Shown here piece by piece: positions 25,445 through 33,930 of a stretch of DNA of 44,045 nt. A program made the translations under genes and the position numbers. The first letter of the stretch is position 1, and the number at the start of each line of letters is the position of its first letter. Origin of the DNA: Solirubrobacterales bacterium (GTDB lineage: Bacteria > Actinomycetota > Thermoleophilia > Solirubrobacterales > 70-9); assembly GCA_050697015.1 (NCBI GenBank), contig JBOGYZ010000326.1:1-44045 (forward strand), read 5' to 3'. The notes under the pieces were generated by a model. The model had not been told where the DNA came from. It worked only from the letters and a program-made list of their open reading frames with translations, and did no database searches.

Positions 25445-26784
25445 GACAGCGCCCCCAGCGGTTCAGAGCGTTCGTTGTTCGTCGCGCCCTCTTCGGCTTC
25501 GCGCCTGGCGCGGTCGGAGACCAGCAGCAGCAGCGCCAGGAGGACGAAGTTGGCGACGATCGAGCTGCCGCCGTAGGAGACGAAGGGCAGGGTGACGCCG
25601 GTCAGCGGGATCACCCGGGTGACGCCGCCGATGATCACGAAGGCCTGGATCGCGAAGACCGCCGTAAGGCCGGTCGCCAGCAGCTTCGAGAACCCATCGT
25701 TGGCCAGCAGCGCGACCTTGAACCCGCGGGCGGTGATCAGCAAATAGGTGGCGATCAGGCCGCAGGCGCCGAAGAGGCCGAGCTCGTTGACGATCAGCGA
25801 GTAGATCGTGTCGGTCTGCGCCGCAGGCAGCAGCGTCGCCTTGGTGCCTGGAATCGTGATCAGCCCCTGGCCGAAGCCTTTCCCGAAGAGCCCGCCGTCG
25901 GCCTGGGCGAAGATCGACTGCAGGATCTGGTAGCCAGTGCCCTGCGGGTCGCTGTAGGGATGGAGCCAGATCTCGACCCGGTCGTGGACGTGCGGGACGG
26001 TGGTGACGATGAACCAGGCACCGACCAGGAAGAGCAGCGACCCGATCACGACGAAGCTGAAGCGGCCGGTCGCCACGTAGAGCAGGGCGAGGAAGGCGGC
26101 GAAGAACATCAGCGAGCTGCCGAGGTCTCGGATGAAGACGAGCAACAGCATCGTCGCGCCCCAGACCACCAGCATCGGCCCGAAGTGTTTGATCGGCGGC
26201 AGGGTCACGCCGAGCACCCGCCGCGCGCCGACGATCAGCACCTCGCGGTTCTCCCGCAGGTAGGAGGCGAGGAAGACGACGATCGCGAGCTTCGCGAACT
26301 CGGCCGGCTGGAAGGAGATCGGGCCCACCTTCACCCCGAGATAAGCCCCGTTGACCTGTTCCCCGATCCCCGGCAGGCGCGGCGCCAGCAAGAGCAGGAT
26401 GCCGACCGTGGCGATGATGTAGCGGTAGCGCTCCAGCACCTCGTAATCGCGCAGGAACTGGATCGTCAGGGCGAAGAGGACGAGGCCGAAGACGAACCAG
26501 TTGGCCTGGTTCCGGGCCAGGCTTTCGTCGATCCGGTAGATCATCACCAGCCCGAACGCGGTCAGCACCGCCATCAGCGGGAAGAGGTACGGGTCGGCGT
26601 GCGGCAGGCGGATCCGCAGGTAGATGTGGGTCGCCAGGCAGAGGGCGAAGAAATAGGCGCCGTAGGTGAGGCTGAGGTTGCCGAGCTTCGAGTTCTCCTG
26701 GGCGAAGACCGCGGCGAATCCGGCCGTCAGCAGGAGCGCCACGGGGATGAGGGCGAGCATCTCGCGGTTGCGGGCGCGGGTCAT
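25441..26784 (-). CDS. rodA: SEDS family peptidoglycan glycosyltransferase (FtsW/RodA)
   Basis: 447 aa, polytopic. Motifs: FQPAEFAKLAIV, SDPQGTGYQILQS, PAAQTDTIYS, PFVSYGGSS. It has 4-nt overlaps with both pstP and pbpA. Confidence 0.95.
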   Translation of the reverse strand: MTRARNREMLALIPVALLLTAGFAAVFAQENSKLGNLSLTYGAYFFALCLATHIYLRIRLPHADPYLFPLMAVLTAFGLVMIYRIDESLARNQANWFVFGLVLFALTIQFLRDYEVLERYRYIIATVGILLLLAPRLPGIGEQVNGAYLGVKVGPISFQPAEFAKLAIVVFLASYLRENREVLIVGARRVLGVTLPPIKHFGPMLVVWGATMLLLVFIRDLGSSLMFFAAFLALLYVATGRFSFVVIGSLLFLVGAWFIVTTVPHVHDRVEIWLHPYSDPQGTGYQILQSIFAQADGGLFGKGFGQGLITIPGTKATLLPAAQTDTIYSLIVNELGLFGACGLIATYLLITARGFKVALLANDGFSKLLATGLTAVFAIQAFVIIGGVTRVIPLTGVTLPFVSYGGSSIVANFVLLALLLLVSDRARREAEEGATNNERSEPLGALS

Positions 26785-28037
26785 CCGCCGGCCTTTTCTT
26801 CAATCCCGGTCGCCGGTTCCGAGGTCGTCGTCGCTTCCGTGACCCCCTGGCCGCGTTCGATTTCTTCCAGCAGCTTCACCGCGTCATCGCGCGAGCGCAC
26901 GCTCTGGCCGGTCACCGCGTCCTTGCGTTTTTCGGGCAGCGATTCGGTCTGGACCGGGGACGAATGCTCCTCCGTGTAGAGCTTGACGCCGAAGGGGAGC
27001 TCGTAGGGGACGCCGCGGTAGAGGGTGACGCGACCGGCTTCGTCGGTGCCGAGGAACCAAGTGTGGTGGAGGCCGTAGGTGGCGCCGAAGACGATCGCCC
27101 CGATCACGACCAGCAGGGCGAGGACCCCGGCGACTCGTTTCATGATCTTCCGCCGCCGGCCCGGGCGACGGGACGCGTCGGCTGCCTCGCGTCGTTGCCG
27201 CGAGGCGTCGGCGGCGGCGCGGCGGCGCACCTCGGTCGCGGTCAGCCCCGCGTCGGTGGCGCTCGAGCCGATCAGCGTCGCGCCCTCCGCCGTCCCCGCG
27301 TCGAGGCCCGGTTCGGCCGCGTCGACGACCTTGAAGGCGATCACGCTGATGTTGTCGCGGCCGCCCGCCCGGTTGGCTTCGTCGACCAGGGCGCGGACCG
27401 CGTTCGGCATCGAGGTGGCGCGGGTGAGCAGGCGCTCGACATGCTCGTCGTCGAGCATCGTGGTCAGCCCGTCGGAGCAGAGCAGGAAGATGTCCCCCGC
27501 CTGCGCCGGCACCGTCTGCAGGTCGACCTCAACCTCCGGTTCGGGCCCGACCGAGCGGGTGATGATCGAGCGCTGCGGGTGGTCCTCGGCCTGCGCCTCG
27601 GTCAGCTGCCCTTTGCGCCGCATCTCCTCGACCAGCGAGTGATCGCGGGTGAGCCGTTCCAGCTTGCCCCGCCGGAGGCGATAGGCGCGGCTGTCGCCGA
27701 CGTGGCCGATCGCCACCTCGTCGGAGCTCTCGTCGAGGATCGCCGCGGTGGTCGTCGTCCCCATCCCGGACAGGTTCGGGTCTTTGTTGGCGAGCGAGTA
27801 GACGGTGCGGTTGGCGCCTTCGATCGTCTCCTTCAGAACCCGCTCCGGCGGCGCCTCGGGGAGCGGGCGGTCGAAGGCGTCGACGACGGTCTTCGAGGCG
27901 ACCTCGCCGGCGCGCGCCCCGCCCATCCCGTCGGCGATGACGAAGAGCGGCGCGCGGACGAAGACCGAGTCCTCGTTGGCGCTGCGCTGGCGCCCGGTGT
28001 CAGTGGCGTAGGCCTGATCGGTGATCCGCAGCGTCAT
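26781..28037 (-). CDS. pstP: PP2C-family Ser/Thr phosphatase with TM segment and ectodomain
   Basis: 418 aa. Motifs: TDTGRQRSANEDS, ADGMGGARAGEVAS, LLCSDGL, GGRDNISV. A TM segment (VAGVLALLVVIGAIVFG) follows. Confidence 0.95.
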   Translation of the reverse strand: MTLRITDQAYATDTGRQRSANEDSVFVRAPLFVIADGMGGARAGEVASKTVVDAFDRPLPEAPPERVLKETIEGANRTVYSLANKDPNLSGMGTTTTAAILDESSDEVAIGHVGDSRAYRLRRGKLERLTRDHSLVEEMRRKGQLTEAQAEDHPQRSIITRSVGPEPEVEVDLQTVPAQAGDIFLLCSDGLTTMLDDEHVERLLTRATSMPNAVRALVDEANRAGGRDNISVIAFKVVDAAEPGLDAGTAEGATLIGSSATDAGLTATEVRRRAAADASRQRREAADASRRPGRRRKIMKRVAGVLALLVVIGAIVFGATYGLHHTWFLGTDEAGRVTLYRGVPYELPFGVKLYTEEHSSPVQTESLPEKRKDAVTGQSVRSRDDAVKLLEEIERGQGVTEATTTSEPATGIEEKAGG

Positions 28038-28059
28038 CTCTCCACTAACCCGCCCACCG

Positions 28060-28530
28060 TCAGGAAGCCTCGAACCTGAAGACCGTGTCGCCGATCTGGA
28101 TCGTGTCGCCGTCGACCAGCTCCGCCTCGCCGTTCAGCGCCGCCCCGTTCAGCGTGGTGCCGTTGGTCGAGTTCATGTCCTCGACGTAGTGGCGTCCTTC
28201 GCGGGAGAACGATCGCGCGTGGATGCCGGAGGCATAGCGGTCATCGATCTGCACGTCGGCCTCCTTGGAGCGGCCGATCGAGAGGCCGCCGATCAGGTCG
28301 AAGCGCTCGTCCCGGGTCAGCCCGCCACCGCGCTCGGCGATCAGCCAAGCGTCGTTGCCCCGCTGCACCTCGGCGCCGCCGACCGCGGCGTGGAAGCCGG
28401 TCGCGTCAGGCGCGGGCGCCGCCGTCCGCCGCAGGTCCCGAAACGCGCTCCGCGCGATCACCAGCAGGAACAGGAAAAGGACGGCCAGGAAGCCGAATTT
28501 CAGCGCGGTTGAAAGGGGGTCGTAGGCCAC
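28060..28530 (-). CDS. fhaB: FHA-domain membrane protein (FhaB/FipA-like)
   Basis: 156 aa with an N-terminal TM. The C-terminal FHA domain shows GRSKEADVQIDDRYASGIHARF.., STNGTTLNG. Confidence 0.85.
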   Translation of the reverse strand: MAYDPLSTALKFGFLAVLFLFLLVIARSAFRDLRRTAAPAPDATGFHAAVGGAEVQRGNDAWLIAERGGGLTRDERFDLIGGLSIGRSKEADVQIDDRYASGIHARSFSREGRHYVEDMNSTNGTTLNGAALNGEAELVDGDTIQIGDTVFRFEAS

Positions 28531-28585
28531 TCGTTCAGCACCTTACGGTCCGGGCCTGAAGCTAGACAGGCCGCACGTGGTCGAT

Positions 28586-29362
28586 CTACTGCTCGATGTC
28601 GAACAGGAAGGTGGTGGTGCCGATCGTCACCTGGTCGCCCGGGTTGAGGCGGGTTGAGGTGACGCGACGGCCGTTCACCTTGATCCCGTTGGTCGAGCCG
28701 AGGTCGACGATCTGCCAGTCCCCCGCCTCGGAACGGCGCAGCTCGGCGTGGCGACGGGACACGTTGGGGTCGGCGAGCACGCACTCGGCCGATTTCGAGC
28801 GGCCGATCGTGGCGCGCGGGCCGTCGAAGACATAGCGGCGGTCGTCGAGCGAGACGACGGCGCGGGTGGAGACCAGCGCGCGGACGTCCTGCTCCGGTTC
28901 TTTGGGCCGCTGACGGTCGCGCTCGCGGACCGCCGAGTAGACCATCGTGTGGCCCTCTTCGCCCTGGCGGGGCGCCTCGCCCTCGCGGACCGGCGCCTTC
29001 ACCATCCGCGGCTGGATCCCGAACTCACCGAGGCGCAGGCGCTCGTCGGTCTGGAACTCGACCGCGGGCCGGGTCAGCAGGTCGTAGCCGCGCCGACGGG
29101 CGTGCTCGAGCAGGTACCCGGACAGCTCCTGCTCCAGCGAGCGCTCGTAGCCTTCGAGCTTCGAGCGGTCCTGGCGGGAGAGGAAGACGGTGTACTCGTT
29201 GGGGACGTAGACGCGCTGGACCGAGGCGGTCTTGTGCGCGTCCATTTCCTTGGCCAATTTGCGGGCCAGTTCGACCGGCTGGACCTCGGAGCTGAAGGCG
29301 CGCGAGAACACGCCCTCGACGAGGCCTTCGATCCCGGACTCCAGTTTGCGCAGAATGGCTAT
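28586..29362 (-). CDS. fhaA: FhaA-like protein (DUF3662 N-domain + C-terminal FHA)
   Basis: The FHA domain is at the C-terminus (IGRSKSAECVLADPNVSRRHAEL, STNGIKVNG). The conserved N-terminus (A)ILRKLESGIEGLVEGVFSRAFSSEVQPVE extends 17 codons upstream of the first canonical start (GTG 29311). I place the start at ATA 29362, 9 nt after AAAGGAA. Confidence 0.8.
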   Translation of the reverse strand: MAILRKLESGIEGLVEGVFSRAFSSEVQPVELARKLAKEMDAHKTASVQRVYVPNEYTVFLSRQDRSKLEGYERSLEQELSGYLLEHARRRGYDLLTRPAVEFQTDERLRLGEFGIQPRMVKAPVREGEAPRQGEEGHTMVYSAVRERDRQRPKEPEQDVRALVSTRAVVSLDDRRYVFDGPRATIGRSKSAECVLADPNVSRRHAELRRSEAGDWQIVDLGSTNGIKVNGRRVTSTRLNPGDQVTIGTTTFLFDIEQ

Positions 29363-29423
29363 AGGAACGGTTCCTTTGTCATGGCAGGGTCAAATCTCCG
29401 CCTCTGCCGAGGAGTCGGAAAGT

Positions 29424-30338
29424 TTAGGGAAGGACGAGCCCATGGCCGAGCACGACGATCGCGCCGATGGCGGCGGCGATCCCGAGCACGCCGAGTCGAA
29501 GGCCGACGCGGCGCGGGGCGCTCGGGGCGTGATCGGCGAGCTCGTCGAGCGATTCCTCGATCGTCATGCCCAGGTCCTCCAGCGAGGGACGGTGGCCGGG
29601 GCGCGGGTCGAGGCAGGCATCGATCTCCTCAGCGAGCTCCCGCGGCAGGTCGGGGCGCAGGCGGCGCAGCGGACGGGCGCGGCGGCCGATCGAGCGCGCG
29701 GTCGCGACGGCGTTGCCGCGCCGGTGCGGGTTCTCGCCGCTCCAGCACTCGTACAGCGTGAGGGCGAGCGAGTAGACGTCGGCCTCCGGGCCCGCCTCCC
29801 GGCCCTCGGCCTGCTCCGGGGCCATGTAGGCGAGCGTGCCGACGACGTCGCCGGTCTGGGTCAGACCCGCCGCGTCGGCGACCAGGGCGATGCCGAAGTC
29901 CATCAGCTTCGCCCGCGGCTGGCCGTCGACGATCTGGACGTTCTGCGGCTTGATGTCGCGGTGGATGACGCCGCGCGAGTGGGCGTGGTCGAGCGCTTCG
30001 CAGAGGTCGGCGCCGATCTCGCCGATCTCGCGGTCGGAGAGGGCGCCCTCGGTGGCCAGGCGGGCGAGCGTGTCGCCCTCGACCAGCTCGGAGACGAGCA
30101 GCGCGTTGCCGTTCTCCTCCCCCATCTCGTACAGGGTCACGATGCCCGGGTGGTTGAGGCGGGCGGCGGCCTGGGCCTCGCGCATGACCCGCTTTCCGGC
30201 CTCACCCCGCTGCTCGATCGCCTTCACCGCGACGGCGCGCTCGAGCCTGCCGTCCCAGGCCTCGTAGACCACGCCGAAGCCGCCGCTGCCGATGCGGCGC
30301 TCGATCAGGAAGCGATCAAGTACGAGTGAGCCGACCAA
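29424..30338 (-). CDS. Hanks-type Ser/Thr protein kinase, tail-anchored, no ectodomain
   Basis: Motifs: GSGGFGVVY, VAVKAI, IHRDIKPQNVQI, MDFGIA, GTLAYMAPEQ. The extreme C-terminus is a TM segment (LGVLGIAAAIGAIVVLG). Start placed at TTG 30338; the upstream 38 codons read as noncoding. Confidence 0.8.
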   Translation of the reverse strand: MVGSLVLDRFLIERRIGSGGFGVVYEAWDGRLERAVAVKAIEQRGEAGKRVMREAQAAARLNHPGIVTLYEMGEENGNALLVSELVEGDTLARLATEGALSDREIGEIGADLCEALDHAHSRGVIHRDIKPQNVQIVDGQPRAKLMDFGIALVADAAGLTQTGDVVGTLAYMAPEQAEGREAGPEADVYSLALTLYECWSGENPHRRGNAVATARSIGRRARPLRRLRPDLPRELAEEIDACLDPRPGHRPSLEDLGMTIEESLDELADHAPSAPRRVGLRLGVLGIAAAIGAIVVLGHGLVLP

Positions 30339-30357
30339 AGCAAGTTGACCTTCGCCG

Positions 30358-30395
30358 GCCGGTTCCTGCCTCCTGCCCGCGCCGGTTCCTCCTCC
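30358..30395. repeat. Direct repeat GCCGGTTCCT(G)CCTCC x2 in a divergent intergenic region
   Basis: Copies lie at 30358-30373 and 30381-30395 (one indel), 23 nt apart, just upstream of the minus-strand kinase start. Confidence 0.5.
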
Positions 30396-30584
30396 CCGGC
30401 TATCGTTGGGAAAAAGGCACCGTACGCGGGAAGAAACGGCGGCTGCGCGCAATCAGTCGCCATACTCCCGCGCCAGCCGAATCCAGCCCCGTGGGAGAGC
30501 CGCCACTTGGAGTACTCGTCTTCACGCGGTGAGGGCCGACGACAGCGTCGGCCCAGCCGCCGTCCCGAACGCCAGCAGCAGATC

Positions 30585-31553
30585 ATGCTGCGGCGCCTGC
30601 TTGCGCTGGGTGGCGCGTTGGTGGTGCTGATCCTGCTCGTGCTCGGCGTGAAGGGGTGCCTTGACGCGAGGGCCCGAGGGGCGCTGTCGAACTACTCGCG
30701 CGATGTCAAGCAGATCCTGATCGAGACCGGGCAGACCAGCAAAGACTTCTTCGGCAAGCTCGAAGAACCGGGCGGCCTCTCGGTCACCGAATTCACCGGC
30801 CAGGTGGACGCCGACCGCAGCGCGATGGCCAACTACAAGACGCGGATCGAAGGGCTGAGCGCGCCGGGTGAGATGAGCAGCGCACAGAAGTCGCTCGAAC
30901 TCGTGTACACGCTGCGCGCCTCGGCGATGGAAACGATCGCCGCGAAATTGCCGACCGCGCTGGGCGAAGCGGGCGCGGCGCGGGCGACGGCGGCGATCGC
31001 CAAACAGATGCAGACCCTCCTGGCGTCGGACATCGTCTACGAATCGGTGACGCGTCCTGAAATCAACGGCAAGCTCGCCGACGAAGGCATCACCGGTGAC
31101 GACGTGCCGAAAAACACCTTCGTCCCAGACGGGACCAAGTGGCTGGAAGAAAGCGAAGTCTCGAACGCGCTGGGCTCGGTGAGCGGCTCCAGCGGCGGCG
31201 AACCGAGCCCGGGTGTGCACGGCCTGGGCCTCGTCGGGACCAGCATCGGCGAAGCCGAACTCACGCCGGAATCGACCACCTCGGTGGTCACCGAAGGCAC
31301 GCCGGAAGTCGAAGTGACGGTCCAGAACCAGGGCGAATCGACCGAGAACGGCGTCACGGTCGTGGTGATCGCGAACGGCAAGGAAACGACCCAGGAAATC
31401 GCCGCCCTCGAAGCGGGGGCCGAAGAAACCGCGGTCGTGCCGCTGACGCCGGCGCCGGAAGGCGAAACGGAACTTGAAGTAAAAGTCGAACCGGTGCCCG
31501 GCGAGCAGTTCACCAACAACAACGAAGCGACCTACACCGTCATCTTCGAATAG
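30585..31553 (+). CDS. Membrane-anchored protein with a C-terminal CARDB-like domain
   Basis: ATG 30585 gives an N-terminal TM (LLALGGALVVLILLVLGV). The C-terminal VEVTVQNQGESTENGVTVVV..LEAGAEETAVVPLTP..EQFTNNNEATYTV shows a CARDB-type pattern. An alternative TTG start at 30507 adds an Arg-rich tail. Confidence 0.65.
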   Translation: MLRRLLALGGALVVLILLVLGVKGCLDARARGALSNYSRDVKQILIETGQTSKDFFGKLEEPGGLSVTEFTGQVDADRSAMANYKTRIEGLSAPGEMSSAQKSLELVYTLRASAMETIAAKLPTALGEAGAARATAAIAKQMQTLLASDIVYESVTRPEINGKLADEGITGDDVPKNTFVPDGTKWLEESEVSNALGSVSGSSGGEPSPGVHGLGLVGTSIGEAELTPESTTSVVTEGTPEVEVTVQNQGESTENGVTVVVIANGKETTQEIAALEAGAEETAVVPLTPAPEGETELEVKVEPVPGEQFTNNNEATYTVIFE

Positions 31554-31565
31554 TTTGGCTTTGTG

Positions 31566-32399
31566 ATGCGGATCGCCTACCTCGGACCGGCGGGGACCTT
31601 TACCGAGGACGCTCTGGGTGAAGCGCTCGGCGATGCCGAGTTCGAGCCGCTGCGCACCGACACCGTCTTCGACGCGATCCAGGCAGTGGTCGAGAGGCGC
31701 GCCGACCGCGCGCTGGCGCCGTACGAGAACTCGATCGAGGGCTCGGTCCGCGGCACCCTGGACATTCTCGCCTTCGACGCGCCGAACGTGGCGATCGTCG
31801 GCGAGCACGACTACCCGGTGCGCCAGCACCTGATCACCCGCGAGGGGATCGACCTCGGTCAGATCGAGGCGGTGCTCTCCCACCAGCAGGGACTGGCGCA
31901 GACGGCGCGGTTTCTGCGCGAGAACCTCCCCGGCGTGGAACTGCGCAGCGTCAGCAGCACCGCGGCCGCGGTCCGCATGGTCTCCGAGTCGCCGCGCCCC
32001 TGGGCGGCGGTCGGCTCGCGCGCGGCGGCGCGCCTCTACGGCTGCCAGATCCTGCGCGAGGGGATCCAGGACGAGCAGAACAACGTCACCCGCTTCGTCT
32101 GGCTGGCCCCGGAGGGCACCGCGCCGGCGGCCGGGGAGAGGTGGAAGACGTCGCTGACCTTCAGCGAGCTGGGGGACGACCGGCCCGGCGCCCTGGTCGA
32201 CGCCCTGGCCGAGTTCTCCTCCCGCGGGATCAACCTCTCCCGCATCGAGAGCCGCCCCCAGCGCTCCGAACTGGGCCGCTATTTCTTCTTCGTCGACGCC
32301 GACGGAAGCCTCGACGACGAGCTCGTGGCGGCCGCGATCGAGGCTCTCCGGGGCAAGGCCGAATCGGTCCGGATCCTCGGCAGTTATCCGATCATTTAA
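31566..32399 (+). CDS. pheA: Prephenate dehydratase
   Basis: RIAYLGPAGTFTEDA, YENSIEGSV and NVTRFVWL are present, with a C-terminal ACT domain (TSLTFSE..DRPGALVDAL..FSSRGINLSRIESRP). A GTG at 31563 is an adjacent alternative start. Confidence 0.95.
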   Translation: MRIAYLGPAGTFTEDALGEALGDAEFEPLRTDTVFDAIQAVVERRADRALAPYENSIEGSVRGTLDILAFDAPNVAIVGEHDYPVRQHLITREGIDLGQIEAVLSHQQGLAQTARFLRENLPGVELRSVSSTAAAVRMVSESPRPWAAVGSRAAARLYGCQILREGIQDEQNNVTRFVWLAPEGTAPAAGERWKTSLTFSELGDDRPGALVDALAEFSSRGINLSRIESRPQRSELGRYFFFVDADGSLDDELVAAAIEALRGKAESVRILGSYPII

Positions 32400-32434
32400 G
32401 GCGCCGCTTCCCCTCCCGCTTACAATTTCGCCGT

Positions 32435-32944
32435 ATGGCCAGGGTGCTGGTGCTCAATGCGACGTATGAGCCGATCAACGTCTGTACTTTGCGACGCGCC
32501 GCCGTGCTGCTCCTGAAGGAAAAGGCGGAGCTGCTCGAGCAACGGAATGGCGACGTCCTCCACTCCGAGCACATGACCCTCGAGCGCCCCGACGTGATCC
32601 GCCTCGTCAACTACGTCCGCATCCCCCGCGAGGCCCACCGCCGCAAGATCACCCGCCGCGCCGTCCTCGCCCGCGACTCCTGGACCTGCCAGTACTGCGG
32701 CTCCACCAAATCCGGCCTCACCGTCGACCACGTCATCCCCCGCTCCCGCGGCGGCGCCTCCACCTGGGACAACATCGTCGCCGCCTGCGCCACCTGCAAC
32801 CGCAAAAAGGGCAACCGCCTCCCCCGCGAGATCCACATGCATCCCAAGAACGCCCCCAAGCCCCCCGCCCCGACGGTCTTCATCCAGGTCGCGAGTCCGA
32901 AGATTCCGGCGAACTGGCAGCAGTACTTACCTCAGGCGGCGTAG
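32435..32944 (+). CDS. HNH endonuclease family protein
   Basis: 169 aa from ATG 32435. Motifs: CQYCGS..LTVDHVIPRSRGG..WDNIVAACATCNRKKGN. TACAAT lies 8 nt upstream of the ATG, so the transcript may be leaderless. GC is backbone-like. Confidence 0.85.
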   Translation: MARVLVLNATYEPINVCTLRRAAVLLLKEKAELLEQRNGDVLHSEHMTLERPDVIRLVNYVRIPREAHRRKITRRAVLARDSWTCQYCGSTKSGLTVDHVIPRSRGGASTWDNIVAACATCNRKKGNRLPREIHMHPKNAPKPPAPTVFIQVASPKIPANWQQYLPQAA

Positions 32945-33081
32945 CGGCGGACCTCTCGGGGGTTGCCGGGGAAGGGGTTCTGACGCCGCCCTGCCGACCG
33001 AGACTCTTCGGATGGACCAAACAGCGTGATCCTTTAAGCACACCTAGGTCGTTCCGAATAGAGCTATGCTGCATCGCCGAG

Positions 33082-33930
33082 TTGGCCAGAACACTGAGAG
33101 CAGGGACAATCGACCAACAAGAGCTTCAAGAGGCGCTGCCGCCCAACGTTGCGCTCGGGTCAAAGATTCACGACGGCGGTCAGCGCAAGGTCTACCGCGC
33201 AAAACGCGAGGGGGTGGATGTAGTCCTCAAGGTGATGCCGATCGATGCCGTGGAGCGGGCAGAACGCGAGGTTTCGATCGGCTGCACCTTCGATCATCCA
33301 AACCTGGCCCGAATCCTGGATGACGAGCTCAGCCAGCTCACCGTTGGTGAGGATGATTTCGTTTGGTTTTGCGAGGAATACATAGACGGAGAGGTCTTGG
33401 CCAGCAGAGTAGGTGTCTACGAGCCTTGCGAGGCTCTCGATCTTGCCTCTGACCTGATCGAGGCCGTTGCCTATTTATGGGAGCGGCATGATGTGGTCCA
33501 CCGGGACATCAAGCCTCTCAACATCATCCGGCGATCTTCAGGGGGCTATGTGCTCATCGATGTCGGTATTGGTCGGCACCAGGGCGATCCCTCGATCACT
33601 TCTGGCGCCCTAGGCCCCGGGACCATCGGCTATCTGGCTGCTGAGCAATACATACCGAACAAAGGTCGGATGCTCGACTCACGCACTGATCTGTTCCTAA
33701 TCGGGATAGTCGTCTTTCAGGTGCTGACTGATGTTCTTCCATTTCGCCCAAACGACCCCGACTATTACGCCAAGCTGTTAAGCGGGGATTGGCCTCGGCC
33801 CCAAGGTCTGCCGGCGCCCATATCCGAGCTCTTGGAGAGGTTTCTTGGAAGGAATCCACATCAGCGTCCGCCGATAGCGCAAGCGGCAGGAATGATCCTA
33901 GGAGCAAAGGAGGAACTTGGATGCTCTTAG
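33082..33930 (+). CDS. Stand-alone Hanks-type protein kinase domain protein (atypical)
   Basis: 282 aa with a TTG start. Motifs: VVLKV (Lys), ERAEREV (Glu), VVHRDIKPLNII, DVG in place of DFG, GTIGYLAAEQ, HQRP. The Gly-rich loop is degenerate (GSKIHDGGQRKVY). There is no TM or sensor domain. Sampled GC is ~50-65%. Confidence 0.75.
   Translation: MARTLRAGTIDQQELQEALPPNVALGSKIHDGGQRKVYRAKREGVDVVLKVMPIDAVERAEREVSIGCTFDHPNLARILDDELSQLTVGEDDFVWFCEEYIDGEVLASRVGVYEPCEALDLASDLIEAVAYLWERHDVVHRDIKPLNIIRRSSGGYVLIDVGIGRHQGDPSITSGALGPGTIGYLAAEQYIPNKGRMLDSRTDLFLIGIVVFQVLTDVLPFRPNDPDYYAKLLSGDWPRPQGLPAPISELLERFLGRNPHQRPPIAQAAGMILGAKEELGCS

Noticed and set aside
33066-33323. 85-aa Arg-rich ORF starting with an ATG just upstream of the island kinase
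   Set aside because: It is in a different frame from the kinase and overlaps it throughout. The translation is Arg/Gly-rich without structure, whereas the kinase frame shows all Hanks subdomains.
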